IMG/VR virus record: IMGVR_UViG_3300012933_000335
Coordinates: 1 to 27,792 of that record
Length of the DNA: 27,792 nucleotides
Reading direction: 5' to 3' (one strand)
From: a virus
Lineage: Duplodnaviria; Caudoviricetes
Shown here: positions 1 through 8,489 of the stretch, piece after piece
How the letters are laid out: the number at the start of each line of letters is the position of its first letter
Position numbering within the stretch: the stretch's first letter is position 1
The notes under the pieces: generated by a model
What the model was told of the DNA's origin: nothing
What the model saw: the letters and a program-made list of their open reading frames with translations, nothing else
Databases searched by the model: none
Position numbers and translations under genes: made by a program

Positions 1-1
1 C

Positions 2-295
2 GTTCGGTTTAATACCGTGGTTCCTCTGTTCAAAGCACGGAAGATCTTTTTCCCGTTAGAGCGGAAGACCGAGCCTACAATCCAGGAAGCCATCAACGAA
101 TTGAGCCTGGTTTCTGTATCTGGTTTCCGTAGCAAGCACGATGACTTCATCGACACGATCTCGATGCTGTCCTCACTCATTACCTGGAAGCCATCGGAAG
201 AAACGCCGATGAAGCAATCGGGTACGGGCGACGGTATGTGGGAAGTCGATATTGACGATGAGCCCACTGACCGTATGGCGTCATACATCGTGTAA
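2..295 (+). CDS. terL: Terminase large subunit, C-terminal fragment (N4 gp68-like), truncated by window start
   Basis: Frame is open from base 2 (VRFNTVVPLFK...). It carries the terminase nuclease C-terminal motif HDDFIDTISML and lies upstream of the gp67-like gene, as in N4-like phages. Confidence 0.88.
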   Translation, partial: VRFNTVVPLFKARKIFFPLERKTEPTIQEAINELSLVSVSGFRSKHDDFIDTISMLSSLITWKPSEETPMKQSGTGDGMWEVDIDDEPTDRMASYIV

Positions 296-304
296 GGAAC
301 CAAC

Positions 305-1039
305 ATGAAACTCAAAGAAATCTTCGACCAGCTGACCTATGGTGAGCTCTCTCAAATCTCAATCGGTGGTGGAGCGGCCGGAGCAATCCGCGTTCAGGAC
401 TACCCCAAGATGATTGCGCATGTGAACCTGGCGCTCACTGCGCTGTACAAGCGCTTCAAGTTGAAAGAGGGTCGATTCACTCTGCAGTTGCAGCCTGGGG
501 TCTACACCTACCAGTTGAACAGTAAGTTTGCTGCAAGCAATAAGTCGCGCGGCCCGGTGAAGTACATCAACGATCTGGCCTTCCCATTCAAAGATGACCT
601 GTTGAAGGTGGAGCACATCTACTCGTCGTCTGGCTTTGAGTTCAACGTGAACAACGCGGCCGACAAGTTGTCCATGAACACACCGAACCAGCGCACGCTG
701 GTGGTACCAAAGGACATCGTTGACCAGTTGGACACCCTGACTGAAGACCTGAAGACCAGCACGTTGGAGATCGTCTACCGAGCCAACCATGTGAAGCTGG
801 CCTATGAGGACGTGGAGCCAGAAGAGATCGAGCTCGAGCTACCCGAAACCCATGTGGATGCACTGCTCCTCTTCGTGGGTGCTCGCGTGCACACGCCGGC
901 AGGACTGGGCGAGAGCGAAAGCACTGGCAACACCTACTACCAGAAGTACGAATTTGCCTGTCAGCAGCTGGAAAACCAAGACTTCCAGATCGATCACGGC
1001 ACCCAGTACAACAAGCTGGAACGAAACGGCTGGGTCTAA
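305..1039 (+). CDS. N4 gp67-like virion structural protein (head-tail adaptor)
   Basis: 244 aa with SD AAGGA at 294-298. The N-terminus (L..GELS...) and C-terminal KLERNGWV resemble N4-like gp67 proteins. It lies immediately after terL. Confidence 0.72.
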   Translation: MKLKEIFDQLTYGELSQISIGGGAAGAIRVQDYPKMIAHVNLALTALYKRFKLKEGRFTLQLQPGVYTYQLNSKFAASNKSRGPVKYINDLAFPFKDDLLKVEHIYSSSGFEFNVNNAADKLSMNTPNQRTLVVPKDIVDQLDTLTEDLKTSTLEIVYRANHVKLAYEDVEPEEIELELPETHVDALLLFVGARVHTPAGLGESESTGNTYYQKYEFACQQLENQDFQIDHGTQYNKLERNGWV

Positions 1040-1051
1040 GGAGAAATGGCC

Positions 1052-1312
1052 ATGGAGAAAGACTCTCGACTCGAACGCGCGGGGGTGTCTGGGTACAACA
1101 AGCCCAAGCGCACCCCGGGACACAAGACCAAGAGCCACATTGTGGTGGCCAAGTCAGGTAGCCTGGTCAAGACCATCCGGTTTGGCCAGCAAGGAACCCA
1201 GGGTTCGCCCGATGGTTCCAAGCGCAACGAAGCATTCAAGGCCCGACACGCGAAGAACATTGCCAAAGGCAAGATGTCCGCGGCCTACTGGGCTGACAAG
1301 GTCAAGTGGTAA
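1052..1312 (+). CDS. Small, highly basic conserved phage protein
   Basis: SD AAGGAG (1038-1043) is spaced 8 nt from ATG 1052 but only 2 nt from ATG 1046. The protein is K/R-rich with IRFGQQG...FKARH...SAAYWADKVKW, and a terminator follows. Confidence 0.8.
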   Translation: MEKDSRLERAGVSGYNKPKRTPGHKTKSHIVVAKSGSLVKTIRFGQQGTQGSPDGSKRNEAFKARHAKNIAKGKMSAAYWADKVKW

Positions 1313-1313
1313 C

Positions 1314-1341
1314 AAAAAAGCCCCAGCAATTGGGGCTTTTT
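1314..1341. terminator. Bidirectional intrinsic terminator
   Basis: AAAAAAGCCCCA-GCAAT-TGGGGCTTTTT, with A- and T-tracts on both sides, between two convergent genes. Confidence 0.9.
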
Positions 1342-1357
1342 CTTTGGGTGGCTTGGC

Positions 1358-1777
1358 TTATTTGCCTGTGGATCCGAAGCCGCCAGTACCGCGATTGGTT
1401 TCATCCAGAGATTCCACCTGATTCAGGGTTACGTTGGCGATCGGCACGACCATGAACTGCAGGATTCGGTCGCCCATAGCCCAACTAAATGGCAAACCAG
1501 TCTTGGTTCGAATAGCGGCTTTCCATTCTCCGCGATAATCGGAGTCAATGACACCGCAGGTGTTGTTCAATTCCAGACCGTGTTTTGCACCGGAACTGGA
1601 ACGGGGCAACAGCAAAGCTACATGGCCATCGGGAACTGCAGCAGCAAACCCGAGCCCAACTAGTCGGCTTTCTCCGGTGGCTTCACCGGCTTCAGGCATA
1701 AAGATGTCGAAGGCTCCTGCTTTATCAGAAGCCTTTGTTGGCATAATGAATGCCTGGCGAAGAGATTGAATGTCCAT
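1358..1777 (-). CDS. dut: Trimeric dUTPase
   Basis: All five motifs are present: AGAFDI, RSS, GVIDSDYRGE, GDRILQ and RGTGGFGSTG. An SD-like GAGAG lies upstream. Confidence 0.96.
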   Translation of the reverse strand: MDIQSLRQAFIMPTKASDKAGAFDIFMPEAGEATGESRLVGLGFAAAVPDGHVALLLPRSSSGAKHGLELNNTCGVIDSDYRGEWKAAIRTKTGLPFSWAMGDRILQFMVVPIANVTLNQVESLDETNRGTGGFGSTGK

Positions 1778-1835
1778 TCTGTTACTCTCAAAAGGTTAAT
1801 GGGATGATCTTAGCTACCTAAAGAACGACACAATT

Positions 1836-4013
1836 ATGATCGATGACAATGACACACAAGCGGTTCAACTTGGCTTGGAAGCTCCGAAGCTGACCAACTG
1901 GAAGAACCCACCAAAGCTGGGTAGCCTCAAGCAGGATCTCACTTTTGCCACGCCTTCGCACAATGCGCAGAAGACTCAGATTGCTGAGTGGCTTGATAAC
2001 CTAAACGTCACGGGTGCCGCGAAGGTCAATACACCAAAGGGAAACTCGTCAATTGTTCCGAAGCTAATTCGGAAACAAGCCGAGTGGCGATACGCTGCTT
2101 TGAGCGAGCCATTCCTCAGTACCGACGACGTGTTCAACGTGAAGCCGGTAACTTGGGAAGACCGCGAAGCAGCGAAGCAAAATGAACTGGTTTTGAATCA
2201 CCAGTTCAACGTGCACATCAACAAGACCAAGTTCATCGACGAATACGTGCGCGCAGCCGTAGACGAAGGAACGGTCATTGTTCGAGTAGGTTGGGATTTC
2301 CAAGAAGAGGAATACGAGACCGAGCAACCGGTTGTCGAGTATGTGATCAATCCCGAGTACGGTCCTATGCACGAGCACTTGGACCAGATGGAAGAAGACT
2401 CTCCATCGGAGTACATGACCGATGTCCCTGAAGAACTCAAGCAAGCGCACGAGCTCTACAAGGAAAACGGCCAGCCAATCGAGCCAGTCATCACTGGCAA
2501 AGAGCGCGTCAAGAAGATGCGCACTGTCCTCAACCGTCCGACCCTGGAAGTTTGCGATTACCGCAACGTGACGATCGACCCCACTTGCCTGGGCAACATC
2601 GACAAGGCTGGCTTTGTCATCTACACGTTCGAGACTTCAATGTCCGAACTGAAGAAAGACAAGCGCTACAAGAACCTGCAGTACGTGAACGTCGATGCCA
2701 ACACTGTGCTCGGTACTCCGAACCACGCGGCATCTGATGGCGTTCGTGCATTCAACTTCTCCGACGCACCTCGCAAGAAGCTGGTGGTTCACGAGTACTG
2801 GGGCTACTGGGATGTGAACGGTGACGGCAAAGCCGAAGCCTTTGTTGCCTCCTGGGTAGGCGACACCATGATCCGCATGGAGTTGAACCCGTTCCCAGAC
2901 AAGAAGATCCCATTCGTTGTCGAGCACTACCTCCCAGTGCGCAAAGCCATCTACGGCGAGCCTGATGGTGCCTTGCTCGAAGACAACCAGAAGGTCGCCG
3001 GCGCTGTGACGCGCGGCATGATCGACATCATGGGCAAGTCGGCCAACGGTCAGACCGGTATCCGCAAGGACATGCTGGATGCAACCAACCGCCGCCGCTT
3101 CGACAAGGGTCTGGACTATGAGTTCAACCAGGGCGTCGATCCTCGTCAGGGTGTGTTCATGCACACCTACCCCGAGATCCCACAGTCGGCCAGCTTCATG
3201 CTGCAGCTGCAGAACCAGGAAGCCGAATCCCTGACAGGTGTGAAGTCGTTCTCGATGGGCGTCTCTGGCCAGTCGCTGGGTGACGTGGCTGCAGGTGTGC
3301 GTGGTGCACTGGACGCCGCATCCAAGCGCGAGCTCGGCATCCTGCGTCGCTTGTCCAACGGCATCATCAACATCGGCCGCAAGATCATCAGCATGAACGC
3401 AGAGTTCCTGTCTGAGGAAGAAGTCGTTCGCATCACCAATGACGAGTTCGCCGTCATCCGCCGCGACGACCTGGCCGGCAACTTCGACCTGAAGCTCTCG
3501 ATCAGCACGGCCGAGGAAGACAACAACAAGGCTGAGCAGTTGGCTTTCCTGTTGCAGACCATCGGCCCGAACGGTGACCGCGACATGCTGAACATGTTGC
3601 TGGGTGACATTGCTCGCCTGCGCAAGATGCCCGACTTGGCTCATCGCATCGAGACGTTCCAACCGCAACCAGATCCACTGGCTCAGGAAGAAGCTCAACT
3701 CCGAGTTGAATTGCTCAAGGCTCAGATCGCCAAAGAGAATGCAATGGCCATGTCGTACCAAGGCAAGGCTGTACTGGATCAGGCCAAGGCTGCAACCGAA
3801 GGCGAAGTCGCTGCAAACGTCCGCTCAGATACCGATCTGAAGAACCTGGACTTTGTTGAACAAGAGTCCGGTGTGAAGCAAGAGCGCGACAAAGAACTTC
3901 ATGGTGCACAAGCCCGAAGCCAAATGGCAATGAAGACAATGGAACATGATTTCGCTCGTGAAGAACGCAATCATGATTTGGTTAAAGAATACATTGCCAA
4001 TAGAAAGACTTAA
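1836..4013 (+). CDS. Portal protein (N4 gp59-like)
   Basis: 725 aa with LT.WKN.P, PKLIRKQAEWRY..LSEPFL, GVRGALDAASKRE..ILRRL and DLDFVEQESGVKQ-type segments typical of N4-like portals. Synteny agrees. Confidence 0.92.
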   Translation: MIDDNDTQAVQLGLEAPKLTNWKNPPKLGSLKQDLTFATPSHNAQKTQIAEWLDNLNVTGAAKVNTPKGNSSIVPKLIRKQAEWRYAALSEPFLSTDDVFNVKPVTWEDREAAKQNELVLNHQFNVHINKTKFIDEYVRAAVDEGTVIVRVGWDFQEEEYETEQPVVEYVINPEYGPMHEHLDQMEEDSPSEYMTDVPEELKQAHELYKENGQPIEPVITGKERVKKMRTVLNRPTLEVCDYRNVTIDPTCLGNIDKAGFVIYTFETSMSELKKDKRYKNLQYVNVDANTVLGTPNHAASDGVRAFNFSDAPRKKLVVHEYWGYWDVNGDGKAEAFVASWVGDTMIRMELNPFPDKKIPFVVEHYLPVRKAIYGEPDGALLEDNQKVAGAVTRGMIDIMGKSANGQTGIRKDMLDATNRRRFDKGLDYEFNQGVDPRQGVFMHTYPEIPQSASFMLQLQNQEAESLTGVKSFSMGVSGQSLGDVAAGVRGALDAASKRELGILRRLSNGIINIGRKIISMNAEFLSEEEVVRITNDEFAVIRRDDLAGNFDLKLSISTAEEDNNKAEQLAFLLQTIGPNGDRDMLNMLLGDIARLRKMPDLAHRIETFQPQPDPLAQEEAQLRVELLKAQIAKENAMAMSYQGKAVLDQAKAATEGEVAANVRSDTDLKNLDFVEQESGVKQERDKELHGAQARSQMAMKTMEHDFAREERNHDLVKEYIANRKT

Positions 4014-4028
4014 AAAGGTTATATGATC

Positions 4029-4067
4029 GGGGGTGTGGAAGTAATTCCCACCCTCTATTAACTTTTT
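4029..4067 (+). terminator. Hairpin after portal (weak terminator or processing/stability stem)
   Basis: GGGTG-T-GGAA-GTAA-TTCC-CACCC stem with a GNRA loop. The T-run (ACTTTTT) is displaced several nt downstream. Confidence 0.4.
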
Positions 4068-4084
4068 GAAAGCACTGGTAGACA

Positions 4085-4420
4085 ATGCAAAACCAAGTCC
4101 AAGCCATTGAGGCTAACATCAAAGCAGCACGTAAGCTGGTTGAATTAGGCAACGCTCTCGAGCGTCTGAAGTCCAACAAAGACTTCCGAACCATTGTCAT
4201 GGAAGGCTACTTCGAAAAAGAAGCCATCCGTCTGGTTCAGGCCAAGGCAAACCCCAGCCTCCAATCTGCCGAAATGCAGCGTTCAATCCTGACCCAGATC
4301 GATGCGATCGGCAATCTGAACATGTACTTCACCACACTCGTCCAACAAGCTGCCTTGGCTACCAAGTCAATTGAGCAGGACGAAGCTGCTGTTGAAGAAA
4401 TTCGTGGGGAGACCGAGTAA
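4085..4420 (+). CDS. N4 gp58-like conserved coiled-coil protein
   Basis: 111 aa with L..N.DF...I..GYF..EA.RLV. It sits between portal and gp57-like, and its stop overlaps the next start (TAATG). Confidence 0.78.
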   Translation: MQNQVQAIEANIKAARKLVELGNALERLKSNKDFRTIVMEGYFEKEAIRLVQAKANPSLQSAEMQRSILTQIDAIGNLNMYFTTLVQQAALATKSIEQDEAAVEEIRGETE

Positions 4421-5670
4421 TGTCCGATTCCCAAGACAACAAACAAGTTCAGGAACCTGATTACCTGTCCATGTCGGATGAAGAAATCCGAAACATGACA
4501 GAGCCTACAAACCCAGGCACCGTGGTCGAGGAAGAAGAAGACCCCGATCCTGCCGAAGGTGACGATCAGACTGGTTCGCAAGATACCGGTGCAGATGGTT
4601 CTGCCGATGCCAGCGCCGACAACTCCGAAGACAAGTCTGAGGATGAAGAAGGTGAAGGCGAGCCGGACGACGCAGCTGCCGAGGGAGCCGACCAGGCGAC
4701 CGACGGCAAAGCGGAGTCGGAAGGCGACGCCGGCGACAACAAAGATGAAGGCAAAGCAGCTGATGCTTCTGCCGACAACAAAGATTCTGAGAAGGCTGCT
4801 GAGAAAAAGCCTGCAGATGAATCTACAATTGATTTCAAGTCAGAGTACGAGCGTCTTCTGGCTCCCTTCAAAGCAAACGGGCGAGATATCCAAGTCGGCA
4901 ACGTCGACGAAGCTATCACCCTCATGCAGATGGGTGCCAACTACAACAAGAAGATGGCCGCTCTGAAACCCAATCTGAAACTCATGAAGCTGCTTGAGAA
5001 AGCAAACCTCCTGAGCGAAGAGAAGATCAGTTTCTTGATTGACCTGGATCGTAAAGATGCGGCGGCAATCAATAAACTGGTTAAGGACAGCGGCATAGAT
5101 CCTATGGATCTGGACGCTGACAAAGCAAGCGCGTATAAGCAGACTGCTTACACTGTTGACGACCGTGAGATTGAGCTGGATACGGTCCTTGATGATATTC
5201 AGGGAACACCTTCGTACAACCGGACACTCGAGATTGTTAGCACTAAGTGGGACGCTGCAAGTAAACAGGTGATCGCTGGCACTCCTTCGATTCTGAAAGT
5301 CATCAATGACCACATTTCAAGTGGCATCTATGACCGGATTCAAAAGGAGATTGACAACGAGCGCATGTTTGGTCGCTTGGTTGGCATGTCTGACATCGAA
5401 GCCTACCGGCAAGTCGGTGACGCATTACATGCTCGCGGTGAGTTCAATGCTTTGGCCAAGGGTAGCTCCCAGCCAGCAGCGAAGCCAGCCGCCGAGAAGG
5501 TGATCGTTCAACCGAAACCGAAGCAGGAAGATGACGACAAGCTCAAAGACAAAAAGCGGGCTGCAAGCTCCACTAAATCTGCTGGCTCCAGTTCGATTCC
5601 GCCGGATTTCAATCCATTGGCGATGTCGGATGAAGAGTTCAGTAAACATGTGAACAAACAATTTCTGTAA
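4420..5670 (+). CDS. N4 gp57-like acidic protein (probable capsid scaffold; often annotated 'tape measure')
   Basis: 416 aa with a long D/E/A-rich disordered N-part, then PFKANG...LMQMGANY.KKM. It lies directly upstream of the major capsid gene. Confidence 0.8.
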   Translation: MSDSQDNKQVQEPDYLSMSDEEIRNMTEPTNPGTVVEEEEDPDPAEGDDQTGSQDTGADGSADASADNSEDKSEDEEGEGEPDDAAAEGADQATDGKAESEGDAGDNKDEGKAADASADNKDSEKAAEKKPADESTIDFKSEYERLLAPFKANGRDIQVGNVDEAITLMQMGANYNKKMAALKPNLKLMKLLEKANLLSEEKISFLIDLDRKDAAAINKLVKDSGIDPMDLDADKASAYKQTAYTVDDREIELDTVLDDIQGTPSYNRTLEIVSTKWDAASKQVIAGTPSILKVINDHISSGIYDRIQKEIDNERMFGRLVGMSDIEAYRQVGDALHARGEFNALAKGSSQPAAKPAAEKVIVQPKPKQEDDDKLKDKKRAASSTKSAGSSSIPPDFNPLAMSDEEFSKHVNKQFL

Positions 5671-5685
5671 ACGAAGGATCTCATC

Positions 5686-7098
5686 ATGAAATTCAATGAC
5701 CCCACCGCCGGTAGCCAATCTTCTGTTGGCGCCCAAATCATCAGCCACTTCTACGCTAAGAAGGCGCTGGTTGAACTTCCAAAACTGCAGTTCTTCAGCC
5801 AGTTGGCTGACGTGACTTCGATGCCTAAGAACTACGGCAAGAAGATCAAGCGTTACCACTACATGCCTATGCTCGATGATCGCAACATCAACGACCAAGG
5901 TATCGATGCTGCTGGCGTCGCCGTGACCAACACTCAGTACTACGTGACTTTGCCTCGCGCTGTGCTCGCTGTGGCCAACGCTGACAAGGCAACTGCTGCT
6001 ACTGCAATCAACGACAACCTCGATGGCGTGACTGCTGTTGCTGGTTCCGATGGTTCTGCTGGTACTGGCAAAGCCACTATCACTGTGACTGGTTCTTTGA
6101 ACTTCAAAGTTGCCAACGCAACCAAAGCCAACGCAATTGCTGCTCTGAACATCGGCGCTCTGACCCAACAAGGTTCGGGCAACATGTACGGTTCTAGCAA
6201 GGACATCGGCACGATCTCCGGCAAGATGCCTGCTCTCTCTGAGACCGGTGGCCGCGTGAACCGTGTGGGTTTCAAGCGTATCGAATTGGAAGGCACTCTC
6301 GAGAAGTTCGGCTTCTTCGACGAGTACACCCAAGAATCGATGGACTTCGACACTGACGCTCAGTTGATGGAACACATCAACCGCGAAATGCTGTTGGGTG
6401 CCAACGAGATCACTGAAGATGCTCTGCAAATCGACTTGATCAACGCCGCTGGTGTGGTGCGCTTCCCGGGTGCCGCTACTACCAACAGCGAAATCACTTC
6501 GAGCACGATCGTGACTTACGGTGACTTGATGCGCGTGTCGATCCAGTTGGATCAAAACCGCTGCCCCAAGCAAACCAAGATCATCACTGGTTCGCGCATG
6601 ATCGACACCAAGACGATCCCTTCTGCTCGCGTGGCTTACATCGGTAGCGAATTGCTCCCTGTGTTCCGTGCAATGAAGGACTTGCATGACAACCCTGCCT
6701 TCGTCGGCGTGGAGCGTTATGGCGATGCCGTGGGTACTACCCTGAACGGTGAAGTCGGTACCGTTGACCAATTCCGTTTGGTCGTGGTTCCCGAGATGAT
6801 GAAGTGGGCTGGTGCAGGTGCTGACGCTTCTGGCGACGCAAACTGCTACGAGACCTCTGGTCGTTACGACGTGTTCCCAATCCTCGTGGTTGGTGACGAG
6901 TCCTTCACTACCATCGGCTTCCAAACCGACGGTAAGAGCGTGAAGTTCAAGATCTTGCACAAGGCTCCTGGTGAGGCAACTGCCACTACCCAAGATCCAT
7001 ACGGCGAGACCGGCTTCATGTCGATCAAGTGGTACTACGGTTTCATGGTTCTGCGTCCTGAGCGCATTGCCTTGATCAAGACTGCAGCCAAGCTGTAA
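5686..7098 (+). CDS. Major capsid protein (N4 gp56-like) with an Ala/Thr-rich insertion
   Basis: Contains [44 protein letters not shown] and [22 protein letters not shown] is present and a strong terminator follows. Confidence 0.95.
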   Translation: MKFNDPTAGSQSSVGAQIISHFYAKKALVELPKLQFFSQLADVTSMPKNYGKKIKRYHYMPMLDDRNINDQGIDAAGVAVTNTQYYVTLPRAVLAVANADKATAATAINDNLDGVTAVAGSDGSAGTGKATITVTGSLNFKVANATKANAIAALNIGALTQQGSGNMYGSSKDIGTISGKMPALSETGGRVNRVGFKRIELEGTLEKFGFFDEYTQESMDFDTDAQLMEHINREMLLGANEITEDALQIDLINAAGVVRFPGAATTNSEITSSTIVTYGDLMRVSIQLDQNRCPKQTKIITGSRMIDTKTIPSARVAYIGSELLPVFRAMKDLHDNPAFVGVERYGDAVGTTLNGEVGTVDQFRLVVVPEMMKWAGAGADASGDANCYETSGRYDVFPILVVGDESFTTIGFQTDGKSVKFKILHKAPGEATATTQDPYGETGFMSIKWYYGFMVLRPERIALIKTAAKL

Positions 7099-7104
7099 TC
7101 GATA

Positions 7105-7143
7105 GAGGAGGGAGGGGCAACCCTCTCTCCTCGTTTTCTGTTT
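7105..7143 (+). terminator. Intrinsic terminator after major capsid gene
   Basis: GAGGAGGGAGGG-GCAA-CCCTCTCTCCTC followed by GTTTTCTGTTT. Confidence 0.85.
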
Positions 7144-7164
7144 CCTCAACTCTGAAAGAACGCA

Positions 7165-7752
7165 ATGTCTGAACAAACTCAAGACAACGATATCCAAGTA
7201 ACTGCCGAAGACGAGCTCGTCGCTTTGAAAGCGCGCGCTGACATGATGGGCATCTCCTATCACCCCTCCATTGGTTTGGAGAAGTTGCGTGAAAAGGTCA
7301 ATGCAGCCGTGACGTCTACTGAACCGCCTGCTGCTGAAGCCGATGAGCCCAGCGCAGCCGAAATGAATACCGCAGTCGAGACTGAGAACCAGCGCAACAA
7401 GCGCCTCAAAGACGATGCTGCCCGCCTGGTGCGCATCCGCCTGACCTGCATGAACCCAGCCAAAGCCGAGTGGCCAGGCGAGATCATCAGCGTAGGTAAC
7501 GCAGTCGTTGGTTCGTTCTCGAAGTTCGTGCCCTTCAATGCAGATGAAGGTTGGCACGTTCCCAACATGATCTACAAAGCACTGGTCGATCGCCAATGCC
7601 AAGTGTTTGTGACCACCACGGACAACCGTGGCAACAAGACTCGCAAGGGCAAGCTCATCCGTGAGTTCGCCATTGAAGTCCTGCCTGACCTGACCAAAGA
7701 CGAATTGCATGACTTGGCTCAACGTCAAGCCATGTCTGGCAGCGTCGAGTAA
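7165..7752 (+). CDS. N4 gp55-like protein
   Basis: 195 aa with LK.RAD.MGI.YHP.IG.EKL, LVRIR.TCMNP.K and LPDLT..EL..LA.RQA. Synteny agrees. Confidence 0.8.
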   Translation: MSEQTQDNDIQVTAEDELVALKARADMMGISYHPSIGLEKLREKVNAAVTSTEPPAAEADEPSAAEMNTAVETENQRNKRLKDDAARLVRIRLTCMNPAKAEWPGEIISVGNAVVGSFSKFVPFNADEGWHVPNMIYKALVDRQCQVFVTTTDNRGNKTRKGKLIREFAIEVLPDLTKDELHDLAQRQAMSGSVE

Positions 7753-7777
7753 GTAGCAACAAATCCCGGATAGACCT

Positions 7778-8422
7778 ATGACCACAATTACCAATGCAGA
7801 TCTGACCACCACAGAAGTTGGTGGGACGGGTGTTTTCGATGTCTTGATGAAGGCGTCTGCCGCACATCTCGAAGCCGAATTCGCCAAGAACCGGATCAAG
7901 GGCACTGAGTATTCAGAGGTCTATCTGGGTGCCATGACACAAGTCCTGCAGACGGCGACCCAGTTTCTTCTGACCAAACAAAAGGCAGACCTGGAAGCGC
8001 AGCTGCTGGTCAAACAGATTGCTCTGGCTGAGCAGCAACGCCTGAACGCCGTGACTGAGAACACGGTGCTGGTGGCTCAGGAGTGCAAGTTGCGCGCTGA
8101 GTACGACCTGACGATGGCCAACATCACCCGCACGAACAAAGAAACCGAGTTGCTCACCCAGAAGGTAGCAAGCGAAAAAGCCCAAACCCTGGCCACCGGT
8201 GTCGACGCAGACTCTGTGCTGGGCCGTCAAAAAGGTTTGTACGTGGCTCAGACCAATGGCTTTGTGCGAGACGCCGAACAGAAAGCAGCCAAGCTCATGG
8301 TCGACAGCTGGAACGTGCGTCGAACCACGGACGAAGCAACATCGGCCAACACCACCAACAAGCTGGACGACGCGGCAGTGGGCCGAGCGGTTACCAAGTT
8401 GCTGGATGGGGTAGGGGCCTAA
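7778..8422 (+). CDS. N4 gp54-like structural protein
   Basis: 214 aa with G.G.FD.LM....HL..EF..NRI.G.EY and LGRQK.LY..Q..GF.RDAE.KAAK. Synteny agrees. Confidence 0.8.
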   Translation: MTTITNADLTTTEVGGTGVFDVLMKASAAHLEAEFAKNRIKGTEYSEVYLGAMTQVLQTATQFLLTKQKADLEAQLLVKQIALAEQQRLNAVTENTVLVAQECKLRAEYDLTMANITRTNKETELLTQKVASEKAQTLATGVDADSVLGRQKGLYVAQTNGFVRDAEQKAAKLMVDSWNVRRTTDEATSANTTNKLDDAAVGRAVTKLLDGVGA

Positions 8423-8440
8423 TCCCTCAAGGCAATAATC

Positions 8441-8466
8441 AAGGGGAGCCCGGTGCTCCCCTTTTT
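8441..8466 (+). terminator. Intrinsic terminator
   Basis: AAGGGGAGC-CCGGT-GCTCCCCTT-TTT. Confidence 0.88.
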
Positions 8467-8489
8467 CACATTAGCAGTCAGGAAGTTCT

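Noticed and set aside
3994-4027. Sigma70 promoter TTGCCA...TATGAT after the portal gene
   Set aside because: The spacing is 22 nt, which is too long. An AT-rich late promoter may exist here but cannot be placed.
4420-5670. Tape measure protein call
   Set aside because: This is a short-tailed phage, and the acidic disordered composition and position before the capsid gene fit a scaffold better.
5425-7905. 826-aa ORF on the - strand
   Set aside because: It lies antisense to the capsid and gp55 genes. This is the expected shadow of strong codon bias, and the product has no recognisable motifs.
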